Below are positions 1-8,799 of a stretch of 36,789 bases of DNA, piece after piece. Position 1 is the first letter of the stretch. Every line of letters starts with the position of its first letter. This DNA is from Candidatus Latescibacterota bacterium (GTDB lineage: Bacteria > Latescibacterota > UBA2968 > UBA8231). The position numbers were made by a program, and so were the translations under genes. The DNA lies in the NCBI GenBank assembly GCA_965205655.1, contig CBDBIJ010000066.1, forward strand, positions 1 to 36,789, read 5' to 3'. Under the pieces are notes generated by a model, which was given only the letters and a program-made list of their open reading frames with translations, was not told the DNA's origin and searched no databases.

Positions 1-1
1 T

Positions 2-268
2 CATCTTCCAGTCAAATGGATCGTACCTCTACACGGAGAGGCGGTGGCTGACATCGTCTCACGCGCCGCACGGACCGTCATCGTCGAGAACAACCATTCG
101 GGCCAATTCTATCGTTACCTGCGGAGCGAAACCGGGCTCACCGTAAATGGACATATACGCAAATACGACGGCGAGCCGTTCATGCCTCACCACATCGCTG
201 ACGGTGTCGTTGAGCTGATCGCAGGTAAAACGGACGTTTACGTACCTTATCAGGAAATCATGGTTTGA
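2..268 (+). CDS. korA: 2-oxoacid:ferredoxin oxidoreductase alpha subunit, C-terminal part (5' truncated by window)
   Basis: Frame is open from base 2 (HLPVKWIVPLHGE...VIVENNHSGQF...IRKYDGEPF). VENN.GQ and KYDG.PF are typical of OFOR alpha C-termini. Lies directly upstream of the beta subunit. Confidence 0.85.
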   Translation, partial: HLPVKWIVPLHGEAVADIVSRAARTVIVENNHSGQFYRYLRSETGLTVNGHIRKYDGEPFMPHHIADGVVELIAGKTDVYVPYQEIMV

Positions 269-276
269 GGAGGAGG
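269..276 (+). promoter_or_regulatory. Shine-Dalgarno site of korB
   Basis: GGAGGAGG 5 nt upstream of ATG 282. Confidence 0.8.
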
Positions 277-281
277 CTCAC

Positions 282-1193
282 ATGACTGTAGCAACTACCA
301 CCGAGGACGCATCACCGGCCGTTCAGCTGAAGCCGAAGGATTTCAAAGGAAAAGTCGACCCGGATTGGTGTGCGGGATGTGGCGACTTTGGCGTTCTGAG
401 TTGCCTTCAGAAGGCCTGCGTCGATCTGGGGCTCAAGCCCCATGAGATTCTCACCGTCAGCGGTATCGGTTGTTCTTCGAATTTCCCCGGTTTTTTCAAC
501 TCCTACGGAATGCATACTCTTCACGGTCGAGCGCTGGCCGTGGCTACCGGGGCACAGATGGCGAATCACGAGTTGAAGGTTATCGTGACGGGTGGCGATG
601 GCGATGGCTACGGCATCGGGGGAAACCATTTTACCCACACGTCACGTCGGAATGTCGATCTGACCTACCTAGTCATGGACAACCAGATTTACGGGCTGAC
701 GACCGGACAGGTCGCCCCAACGAGTGCTGTGGACATGAAGACGAAGAGCACACCCTTTGGCAACGTAGAGGCGCCGTTCAATCCGATCACGGCGGCGATA
801 ATGAACGGAGCCACCTTCGTCGCGCGCGGCTTCAGTGGTGACGCCAAACATCTGATCCAGCTCATGCAGCAGGCAATCCAGCACAAGGGTTTTGCGCTCG
901 TCGACGTTTTCAGCCCTTGTGTCACCTTCAATCACGACAACGACTACCCGTTTTTCAAGCAGCGGGTAACCAAGCTCGAGGACGAGGGCCATGACCCCGG
1001 CGACTGGAAGGCCGCTTGCGAGAAAGCCATGGTGTGGGGCGATACGATCTACACGGGGCTCTTCTTTCAAAGGAAGGATACGCCGGCACTCGGCCAGCTG
1101 GAGCCCGTCCTGGACGAGGGCGGTCCCCTCGCCCGTCGACCGCTGGGTCTAAGCCAGGAGCAGATTCAGAAGATCATCAAGAGAATGATGTAG
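282..1193 (+). CDS. korB: 2-oxoacid:ferredoxin oxidoreductase beta subunit (TPP-binding)
   Basis: WCAGCGD, SGIGCSS, LHGRA, the GGDGDG...N TPP motif, YGLTTGQ and SPCVTFN. Confidence 0.95.
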   Translation: MTVATTTEDASPAVQLKPKDFKGKVDPDWCAGCGDFGVLSCLQKACVDLGLKPHEILTVSGIGCSSNFPGFFNSYGMHTLHGRALAVATGAQMANHELKVIVTGGDGDGYGIGGNHFTHTSRRNVDLTYLVMDNQIYGLTTGQVAPTSAVDMKTKSTPFGNVEAPFNPITAAIMNGATFVARGFSGDAKHLIQLMQQAIQHKGFALVDVFSPCVTFNHDNDYPFFKQRVTKLEDEGHDPGDWKAACEKAMVWGDTIYTGLFFQRKDTPALGQLEPVLDEGGPLARRPLGLSQEQIQKIIKRMM

Positions 1194-1198
1194 TCGCA

Positions 1199-1999
1199 AT
1201 GAGAGAGCATCTCCTGACCTCGAAACAGATGGCGCAGTTCGTCGCCTCGGGGTACCTGAAGTTCGACGACATGGTGCCGAAGGAGTTGTGCGAAGCCTGT
1301 CTGGAGGAGATGGAGAGCAACGGTGGGTATCTCGCCGTCGGCACGCCCTTTGAGGAGACCTGGCCAAGGGGCACGGCCTTGGGCGATACCTTCCGCCTGC
1401 CGGAGGTGAAAGGTCTGATCTTTTCCCTCGTCGGCCCCGACCCGCTCTACGACCACCACGCCGCCCATTTTACAGGGGCACGAAATACGCGCGGGCCGAA
1501 CACGCACCAGGACTCGGTAATCGATTTCCGTGAGAACTACTTCGACATCCAGCTGTCACTGTTCCCGGCGGACACCCCCGACGAGATGGGCGGCACCTTT
1601 CTGATCCCGGGTACGCAGTTCCGCAACGTGCGCACCGCCGAGATCACTGTCTACCAGCACATGCGAGGCAGAATCTGGGCGACCTGCAAGGCGGGGACGA
1701 TGTACGTGTGGAACACCCGGGTGTGGCACGGGGCGCGGAGCAACCACACCGATCGGGACCGTTACATGTACAAGCTGCGCCTGAACCCTACGCGCCCACA
1801 GGTCCGCAACTTCGACACCTCTGATCTCGACGATCCTGAGATCGAACGCATCCTGTCACATAACCACGGCTGGGAAGGCAACGAGCACCGCTACGAGACG
1901 ATGCGGCGCGTTCGGCTATGGCGCTTCGTGTCGGGGCAGCCAGACTACGATATCGGAGAGCGCTTCCTGCGGCGAATCGAGTACCTCCCCGGAGGATAG
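1199..1999 (+). CDS. Phytanoyl-CoA dioxygenase (PhyH)-family Fe(II)/2-oxoglutarate dioxygenase
   Basis: N-terminal LTSKQMAQFVASGYL, HQD iron motif, GGTFLIPGT and distal WHGARSN...R. Start placed at ATG 1199 just after the korB stop; the 1016 start overlaps korB. Confidence 0.85.
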   Translation: MREHLLTSKQMAQFVASGYLKFDDMVPKELCEACLEEMESNGGYLAVGTPFEETWPRGTALGDTFRLPEVKGLIFSLVGPDPLYDHHAAHFTGARNTRGPNTHQDSVIDFRENYFDIQLSLFPADTPDEMGGTFLIPGTQFRNVRTAEITVYQHMRGRIWATCKAGTMYVWNTRVWHGARSNHTDRDRYMYKLRLNPTRPQVRNFDTSDLDDPEIERILSHNHGWEGNEHRYETMRRVRLWRFVSGQPDYDIGERFLRRIEYLPGG

Positions 2000-2021
2000 C
2001 ACTTCCTACCTCCGCGTAGAG

Positions 2022-3245
2022 ATGGCAGTGAGAGGCACAACGACCGTGGCCCACACACAAGCCCTCAGTGACGAACAGATCTCGGATTACCGTGAAGACG
2101 GCTACCTGGTCATTCGCAATGTCCTGTCCTCCCGCGAAGCAGAGGACCTCCGGCGGATCGTGCAACACCAGGCTCGATGCAACGCGTACCCACCCAAGCT
2201 GACGTATCCCGAGCAGGGTAAGTACACGATCAGCGGTAACAAGATAGCCGAGCCGGGGCTGGCCCCCATTGCTGAACATCCCACCGTCGTGGATGCCGTG
2301 GAGTGCCTGCTGGGCCAATCGGCTCACCTGACGGCCTACGTCGCCTATCTGCGGACGCCGGGCAGCAAAGGGGCCGATGCGCACTGTGACTACAAGCGCT
2401 GGCGCCCGGTCGGCTCATCGATGAACTGGCTGTTCGCGATCATACCGCTCACCGATTTCAATCCGGAGTTCGGCCCTTTCCTGCCCTCCTCCGGATCTCA
2501 CAAGCTGAGCCGCGTGGTCGACGAGCAGGCGCTGATCCGGGATGTCATCCGTCCCGATGCCGAGCGGCTGCCACCGTTTGTCGATCCCGAACTCAAGGCC
2601 GGCGACCTGCTACTCGTAAATGAGCATACCTGGCACAAAGCGCCGAGCGGCACCTCCTCGGAAGATCGGTGCGGAATCTTCAACAAGTATTGTGCAGTCG
2701 ACGCGCCTCCAGCTGCTGGCTACTATCCGTATAGCCCGGCAGCCCTCGACGCCCTGAGTGATGCCGGCAAGCGTCTCATCCCCGTCTGTTTTGACAAACC
2801 GATCACCACGACGCGCCTGCTCATAGAGTGCCCGTCCGGTCAAGAGTCGAGATTCCTAATGCTGCGTAACGACGAACATGACGGCTGGGAACTGCCCGGT
2901 GGAGATGGCTGGGAAGAGGAAGGAGTTGGCTGGGATATCGGGGCCCGGATCGGCGCTCTGCAGGAACTCACAAAGACACAGCTCGGACTGGACATCCCGT
3001 GGATGTCCTATATCGAGGATGTTGAAACGAAAGACGGCGTCTGCCGACTGTACGGCTACTCCGGTGAAACATTGCCTCCTGACCAACTGGCCCGCGATCG
3101 GCATAAGTGGTTCACGAAAGACCAGCTACGGCGACTCCTCGGCGAGAGCGACTGGATCTGTCGCGCCGTCCAGACCTGGAAGCGCCGGGATATTATTCGC
3201 GGCAAAGGCAAGGCGGTCCGTCAGAGTAAACAACAGTTCGAGTGA
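2022..3245 (+). CDS. PhyH-family dioxygenase fused to a C-terminal Nudix-like domain
   Basis: LSDEQISDYREDGYLVIRNVL, HCD, SGSHK and LKAGDLLL...WHKA...R. The C-terminal ~145 aa contain FLMLR...WELPGG...ALQELTKTQLGL (degenerate Nudix box) and a HKWFT motif. Confidence 0.8.
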   Translation: MAVRGTTTVAHTQALSDEQISDYREDGYLVIRNVLSSREAEDLRRIVQHQARCNAYPPKLTYPEQGKYTISGNKIAEPGLAPIAEHPTVVDAVECLLGQSAHLTAYVAYLRTPGSKGADAHCDYKRWRPVGSSMNWLFAIIPLTDFNPEFGPFLPSSGSHKLSRVVDEQALIRDVIRPDAERLPPFVDPELKAGDLLLVNEHTWHKAPSGTSSEDRCGIFNKYCAVDAPPAAGYYPYSPAALDALSDAGKRLIPVCFDKPITTTRLLIECPSGQESRFLMLRNDEHDGWELPGGDGWEEEGVGWDIGARIGALQELTKTQLGLDIPWMSYIEDVETKDGVCRLYGYSGETLPPDQLARDRHKWFTKDQLRRLLGESDWICRAVQTWKRRDIIRGKGKAVRQSKQQFE

Positions 3246-3865
3246 CTTGCAACGGCATACCGATCGGCCGCAGAATCCATGTGGTTGGGAATAGCTGCGC
3301 TGGCAAAAGCACCTTGGCAGCGCAGTTGTCGGCCGCCCTCGACGTTCCGCTGGTGGAGTTGGACGCACTCAATTGGGAACCTGGCTGGGTCGGTCTGAAT
3401 GAGACAAACCCCGAGGAACTCGAACGGAGAATAAGCGAAGCAACCCGTGGCGATGGATGGGTTGTGGCGGGTTCCTACATGCAATTTTCACAACGCATTT
3501 TCTGGCCACGCCTGGAGACGATCGTCTGGCTGGATCTACCCATGGTTCCACTCATCTGGAGAATGCTGATTCGCTCATGGCGTCGCTGGCGTTCGCAGGA
3601 GTCGCTTTGGGGGACAAACTACGAGCGCTTCTGGCCCCAGCTGATGTTTTGGCGCAAGGAGGATTCGCTGCTATGGTGGATTGTCACTCAGCACCGGCGC
3701 AAGCGTCGCGACATGCTGGCATATAGTACTGAATCGCGTTGGAACCACATTCGATTTGTGCGGCTTAGATCTTCTGCCGAGGTCGAGACGTTTTCACAGG
3801 CTGTGGCACTCACGACTGTCAGCCAGGCTCAGGCCTCTACGAGCTACGATCATATGAAGGAGTGA
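3242..3865 (+). CDS. P-loop nucleotide-kinase-like protein (adenylate kinase-related / FlaR-like)
   Basis: Walker A GNSCAGKST, ELDALNWEPGW, WVVAGSY and IVWLDLP. GTG start overlaps the upstream stop (GTGA). Confidence 0.8.
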   Translation: MTCNGIPIGRRIHVVGNSCAGKSTLAAQLSAALDVPLVELDALNWEPGWVGLNETNPEELERRISEATRGDGWVVAGSYMQFSQRIFWPRLETIVWLDLPMVPLIWRMLIRSWRRWRSQESLWGTNYERFWPQLMFWRKEDSLLWWIVTQHRRKRRDMLAYSTESRWNHIRFVRLRSSAEVETFSQAVALTTVSQAQASTSYDHMKE

Positions 3866-3866
3866 G

Positions 3867-4856
3867 GTGGAATACCGGAGACTGGGCAATTCGGATATCG
3901 AGGTCCCGGTGATGGGTCTGGGTTGCTGGCCCTTCGCGGGCGGCTCGATCTGGGGCGATCAGGATGACGATCAATCGATCGCGACGGTGCGCGCAGCGCT
4001 GGACGCGGGTATCAACCTTTTCGACACGGCAGAGGCATACGAGAAGGGCGAGTCCGAGCGCGTTCTCGCACGTGGTCTTGAAGGCAGGCGCCAGGAGGCC
4101 GTAATCGCGACCAAGGTAGACCCGAACCACCTGACTCCGGAAGGGATCACGTCCGCCTGCGAGGACAGCCTCAAAAATCTGAATACGGACTACATCGACC
4201 TGTACCAGATCCACTGGCCCAATCACGACATCCCGATCGAGACGTCCTGGCGCGCGCTCGAGGATCTGGTGAGGGAGGGCAAGGTGCGCGCGCTCGGTGT
4301 CGCGAACTTCGCCGTCGGCGACTTGTCCGCTCTGATCGAGGTTGGCCGGCTGGAAACGAGTCAGCTGCCCTTCAGCCTTCTCTGGCGGGCAGTCGAATTT
4401 GAAATCCTGCCACTCTGCCGCGATCGATCGATCGGGTTGATATGCTACAGTCCGCTGGCGCAGGGGTTGCTGACTGGGCGGTATGCGACGGCTGACGAGG
4501 TTCCGGAGGGACTCGCTCGGACGCGATGGTATGCGAGCTCGCGCGCGCAGGCCAGACACGGCGAGCCGGGATGCGAAGCAGCTGTTTTCAGCGCCATCTC
4601 CGGCATTCGCGAGTTGAGCCGGCAGGTCGGCGCTCCGATGGCGAGCGTGGCACTCGCCTGGGTGAGACAGCAGAGGGGAGTGACATCCTTCCTGGTCGGC
4701 GCCCGGGATGCGGACGAACTGGAGACCAACCTGCCGACGCTTTCGTTGGAGCTCGATGCAGCTACGATGGCCGAGTTAGAGCGCCTGACACAACCTGTCA
4801 AAGACGCCATCGGCCGGAACCCTGACATGTGGATGTCCGACTCCCGGATGCGATGA
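3867..4856 (+). CDS. Aldo/keto reductase
   Basis: YRRLGNS, GLGCW, FDTAEAY, IATK, DYIDLYQIHWP, GKVRALGVANF and YSPLAQGLLTG. Confidence 0.95.
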   Translation: MEYRRLGNSDIEVPVMGLGCWPFAGGSIWGDQDDDQSIATVRAALDAGINLFDTAEAYEKGESERVLARGLEGRRQEAVIATKVDPNHLTPEGITSACEDSLKNLNTDYIDLYQIHWPNHDIPIETSWRALEDLVREGKVRALGVANFAVGDLSALIEVGRLETSQLPFSLLWRAVEFEILPLCRDRSIGLICYSPLAQGLLTGRYATADEVPEGLARTRWYASSRAQARHGEPGCEAAVFSAISGIRELSRQVGAPMASVALAWVRQQRGVTSFLVGARDADELETNLPTLSLELDAATMAELERLTQPVKDAIGRNPDMWMSDSRMR

Positions 4857-4911
4857 GCCGGGCTGCGCCAGCGCCTCGGGGCTCGTTCGACCAAAGAGGA
4901 GGTAGGCGAAC

Positions 4912-5248
4912 ATGATCAAACAAACTCACACCGTCGTCGACATCGCCATCGTCTGCAGCGACTTCGACAAATCGCTGGAGTTTTATCGCGATCAGCTTGG
5001 ATTCGAGATCGCCGTGGAGCTGGAGATATCCGCGGAGCTGGCCACACAGGTGGGGCTGGCGCCCAGCGGTTTCCGGGCGAGGTGTGGAATTCGTATCGGA
5101 ACCCTTCATGTACGAGGGCGGCGGTGTCGTGTGCGCGAGAGATCCGGACGGGCTGCTGATTGAGCTCGTGCGGAGGCAGCAGGAGAGGCGGATTTTCGCC
5201 GCTGGAGTAGTGGGCAGAAGACAATATGAACATCAGGAAGTACGCTGA
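4912..5248 (+). pseudogene. VOC/glyoxalase-family protein, frameshifted and apparently missing its central part
   Basis: The N-terminus (DIAIVCSDFDKSLEFYRDQLGFE) is in one frame. It joins near 5075 to a C-terminus (RGVEFVSEP...CARDPDGLLIELV) in another frame. The middle strands expected in a VOC fold are absent. 3' end uncertain. Confidence 0.65.
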
Positions 5249-5720
5249 CGCCGACCTCGACGTCGTCAAAGAAATCACCGCCATCTGCTTTGACGGCGTT
5301 TCCATCGATCAGAACATCGAGAAGGAGTTCGGCCCGATCGCCGGTTACGGCTGGCGCTGGCGCAAGAAGCGGCATATCGACGCGGACGTGGATGCGCATG
5401 CTGACGGAATGTTCGTCGCTGAGGTCGACGGCGAGGTGGTGGGCTACATCACTACCCGCGTAGACGAAGAAGCCAAAATAGGCGGGATTCCAAACTACGC
5501 CGTGCTGCCGCAGCATCAGAGAAAGGGGATCGGGCTGAAACTGGTGGAGACGGCCATCGAGCATCTGAAGGGGGAGGGGATGGCGTACATCCGCATCGAG
5601 ACGCTGGACCAGAATGAGGTGGGCCGGCAACTCTATCCGAGGCTGGGCTTCAAAGAGGTGGCGCGGCAGATCCACTACATCATGCCCGTGGATGGCCTCA
5701 CGCGGCCGTCACCTCCCTGA
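5226..5720 (+). CDS. GNAT-family N-acetyltransferase
   Basis: FVAEVDGEVVGY, motif A AVLPQHQRKGIGLKLV and motif B N..GRQLYPRLGF. Confidence 0.9.
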   Translation: MNIRKYADADLDVVKEITAICFDGVSIDQNIEKEFGPIAGYGWRWRKKRHIDADVDAHADGMFVAEVDGEVVGYITTRVDEEAKIGGIPNYAVLPQHQRKGIGLKLVETAIEHLKGEGMAYIRIETLDQNEVGRQLYPRLGFKEVARQIHYIMPVDGLTRPSPP

Positions 5721-5745
5721 CGGTCGCCGCGAGCGCTGCTCGAGC

Positions 5746-6603
5746 CTACTCGGCGAGCGCCTTCTCCACAAGTACGTCGGTGTCGACCACCATTTGCCTC
5801 CAGGCATCGAGACTGTAGTCGGGGTGGCCCTGGGCAAAGGGGGGTGTCTCGATGCACATGGGATGCTCGAACTCGATCTGAGCCGCCTTGCGGAACACGG
5901 TGCTCCAGTCCACGAGCCCGTGACCGGGCGCGAGGTGGGAGTCCCGATCACCGGCGTTGTCGGCGAGGTGGAAGGCGGCCATGCGAGGGGCCATCGCATC
6001 GAGGAAGGCCGCGACTTTGTCGTTGCCACCAGACATGAGGGCGTGCCCGGTGTCGAGACAGAAACCCAGATTGGGGTGGTCGAACTCACGTGATAAGAGC
6101 TCGAAGTGCTCGGGACGCGCGCTAAAGCGAATGGCCCGCTCCCGGGGCGGTAGGTTTTCCAAAGCGATAGTCAGGTTCAACTGCTCTGCGATGGGCAGCA
6201 GCGTCTGTAGGCTCTTGTCCAGCTGACGTAGGTAGTTGTCGACTCCCTCCACATCGACGCAAAGTCCGCTCGTGGTGGGATGTTGGATGACGACCCTGCT
6301 GCCCAGAGCGGCGGAGCATTCCATCCAGTGACGGGAAACGTCGACGGCTTGCGCCCGATCCGTCTCGTAAAAGCTGGCGATGTCGTTCTCGGCACCCAGC
6401 GGCAGATGGAAGCTGTCAATGCCCAGGCCCCCGTCACGGTAGGCGGCCGTCGTTTCCTCGAGCGCGCTATGGCTGGCGTCGGGGAACAGGGGCGGAAATC
6501 CCTCGATACCGGAGAGGCCGGCGTGTGTACAGATCTCGAAGATCGGCTCGTGCGGCAGGCGAAGGTTCGCGCCGGTGATAGACCAGGTCCACGTCTTGTG
6601 CAT
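5746..6603 (-). CDS. Sugar phosphate isomerase/epimerase (xylose isomerase-like TIM barrel)
   Basis: IALENL, FCLDTGHA, FHLADN.G.RDSHLAPGHGLVDW and IE metal-binding motifs. Confidence 0.9.
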   Translation of the reverse strand: MHKTWTWSITGANLRLPHEPIFEICTHAGLSGIEGFPPLFPDASHSALEETTAAYRDGGLGIDSFHLPLGAENDIASFYETDRAQAVDVSRHWMECSAALGSRVVIQHPTTSGLCVDVEGVDNYLRQLDKSLQTLLPIAEQLNLTIALENLPPRERAIRFSARPEHFELLSREFDHPNLGFCLDTGHALMSGGNDKVAAFLDAMAPRMAAFHLADNAGDRDSHLAPGHGLVDWSTVFRKAAQIEFEHPMCIETPPFAQGHPDYSLDAWRQMVVDTDVLVEKALAE

Positions 6604-6688
6604 GTTGATTTCCGATCGTTATTATGCCTGAAGTATCTTGAGTTGCCGTGGGGAGTATAGCCTCCGTCTCCGAGTGGCGGCAAGACAC

Positions 6689-7052
6689 ATGGAGAACTAC
6701 AAGCTCGTCATGCCCGAGGACCTCAATCCGCACGGCTTTCTGTTCGGCGGAAAGTTGTTGATGTGGGTGGACGAATATGCCTACATCGGGGCGAAGCTCG
6801 AATTTCCCGACTGCAACCTCGTCACCGTGGCGATGGACAACGTCGTGTTCCGAAAGAGTGCGGGACTGGGCATGGTGCTCAAGTTCGAGGTGTCACGCTC
6901 GCTCCTCGGCAGAACATCGGCTGCAGTACACGGTCGACGTGCTCGACGCGAACGACCCGTCGGCGGGATCGACGTTTACGACCGTGGTCACCTACGTTCG
7001 GGTCGACGACGGCGGCGCCAAGCAGCCACTGCCCGAGCCGGTCGGGGAATAG
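6689..7052 (+). CDS. Acyl-CoA thioesterase (hotdog fold), frameshift near 6920
   Basis: VMPEDLNPHGFLFGGKLLMWVDE...VTVAMDNVVFR...GRTS continues in another frame as YTVDV...TYVRVDDGGAKQPLP*. The 499-aa ORF 6638..8137 is an artefactual fusion with the next gene. Confidence 0.85.
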
Positions 7053-7120
7053 AAGCGACGAGTGTCACTGGCCACGGCCCTTTAGGGTCGATCATCCGCG
7101 GCGGCAACGACGAGCACCAG

Positions 7121-8137
7121 ATGGCTACCATCTCCGCATGTCTCCCCTCACCCAAGAAGCACCCGGTCGTTTACGATGCCACTGCCCACGGCGGCTCTAC
7201 GCGCGACGCCGTTCACAGCATGTTGCTGAGCATCGCATCGAGCCTGAACTCGAGCATTGAGGAACTCGAAATCGTCGGTCATCAGGCAGGAAACCCGCTG
7301 CAGTACCCTCAAAGCGCGAGCAAGATTGTCGGCCGCACGAGATCCGCCTTCCCTGTTCTGCCGGTGTCGGCGTTGATGGGGGCGGCGTTCGACGAGATGG
7401 GGCTCGACGCGATCGAAATCGATGTGCAGAGCGCGCCGGACGGCGATGGCAGGGCGTTCGTCATGCATGACAGACCGACGGCGAGAGAGCTCCAAGACGC
7501 GTTGGTGTCCGGCTACCTGGCGGCCAACACGATCGAGAGGGCAGTGAGACACTTCGCGGAAAGGGGATATCACGCGCAGGGCAAGAGGATCTATACGGAG
7601 ATCAAGACGACGTCATCCCTCGGCGAGCTCGACGGCGACGACGTCACTACCATCTCTAGGCTGGCCAGCGCCATCGACGATGCGGTTCGGGACAATCCGC
7701 AGGCCGCTCAGGTGCGCGAGCAGCTCGGCTTTGCGTCATTCAATTTGCAGGCGCTGGAGATGGCGCGAGGTCTGGTGGAGGGACACGGGCATACCTTCCA
7801 CTTCATCGCCGGCACGAACAGGCCGCTCTACAAGCTGCTGGCGCGCTTGGTGGGAGAATCCCGCCTCGAGGACGAGCTCGTCCGGCGCCTGCGAGACGCG
7901 AGCTGGCTGACCGGGATCTGGTTCGACCCCCTGTGGGTGCCGGACTACGCTCGCCTGTTCCCCTCGATCGATGAGTCGTGGGAGCGCAAGCTGAACTTCG
8001 GTCTCGCTATGTACTACTCCGGTGAGGAGAGGTTCAAACGGATCGTTCAGAAACCGAAGAATCAACCATTCGGCAATGTGAGCAGCGTCATTTTCGAGTT
8101 CGTTTCGCGAGCTCATCACGAAGCGGACGTCTCGTAA
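7121..8137 (+). CDS. Divergent glycerophosphodiester phosphodiesterase (GDPD)-like protein
   Basis: Motifs occur in GDPD order: AHGG (cf. AHRG), DAIEIDVQ, FVMHD, YTEIK and FASFN. Start is uncertain. Confidence 0.55.
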   Translation: MATISACLPSPKKHPVVYDATAHGGSTRDAVHSMLLSIASSLNSSIEELEIVGHQAGNPLQYPQSASKIVGRTRSAFPVLPVSALMGAAFDEMGLDAIEIDVQSAPDGDGRAFVMHDRPTARELQDALVSGYLAANTIERAVRHFAERGYHAQGKRIYTEIKTTSSLGELDGDDVTTISRLASAIDDAVRDNPQAAQVREQLGFASFNLQALEMARGLVEGHGHTFHFIAGTNRPLYKLLARLVGESRLEDELVRRLRDASWLTGIWFDPLWVPDYARLFPSIDESWERKLNFGLAMYYSGEERFKRIVQKPKNQPFGNVSSVIFEFVSRAHHEADVS

Positions 8138-8203
8138 GTGATGCGAGGGCCGGCGTCGCCGACAGCGAGGGTAGGGAACACCGCGAAAAGGAGCGAAAAA
8201 GGA

Positions 8204-8786
8204 ATGGAACCAACAGAGATCGTCGATTTCGTCCGCGGGCACATCGAGGATGGTCGCAACAGACAGTACGGAGAGGAACCGGTGTCGGAGTTCGAGCACG
8301 CGCTGCAGTGCGCGACCCTGGCGGAGCGGGGACGGAGCGGATGAGGAGCTCGTGGTGGCGGCGTTGTTGCACGACTTCGGGAGGCTCGTGGCGGAAGACT
8401 GCGAGCTGGCAGATTCCGTCGAACACGATGGCGCCGGCGACAACGTGAACCGCAAGGATCACGGTGAAGTCGGCGCCCGAGCCCTGAAACCGTACTTCTC
8501 GGATCGCGTCGTGTTCTGCGTCGGCAAACACGCGGAGTCGAAGCGATATCTGTGCACGACCGAACCGGAGTATCGCGACGGGCTCTCGGCCGCCGCGATC
8601 GTCACGTTGAATAAGCAGGGCGGGTTGATGAGCGATGCGGAAGTGGCGGCGTTCGAAAGCAGCTCCTTCGCGGCCGACGCGGTCCGGGTACGGCGCTGGG
8701 ACGATGGGGGGAAGATACCGGGAATGACGACCAAGCCATTGGGCGATTTCATGGAGCTTGTCCGCAGGCAGCTGCAGAAGGGATGA
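8204..8786 (+). CDS. HD-domain diiron oxygenase, PhnZ/TmpB-like (phosphonate C-P cleavage family), frameshift in G-run near 8330
   Basis: QYGEEPVSEFEHALQCATLA joins GADEELVVAALLHDFG...HGEVGA...H.ESKRYLC...Y..LS.A...TL..QGG.M...RRWDD.GK. This matches the PhnZ-like motif set. Confidence 0.8.
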
Positions 8787-8799
8787 AACGGGCTGCAAA

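Noticed and set aside
1016..1198. N-terminal extension of the first PhyH gene
   Set aside because: It overlaps korB out of frame and is low-complexity; ATG 1199 fits the family N-terminus.
6638..8137. 499-aa thioesterase-GDPD fusion protein
   Set aside because: The thioesterase C-terminus and its stop lie in another frame (to 7052), and the linker is Arg-rich out-of-frame text, so the fusion results from a frameshift.
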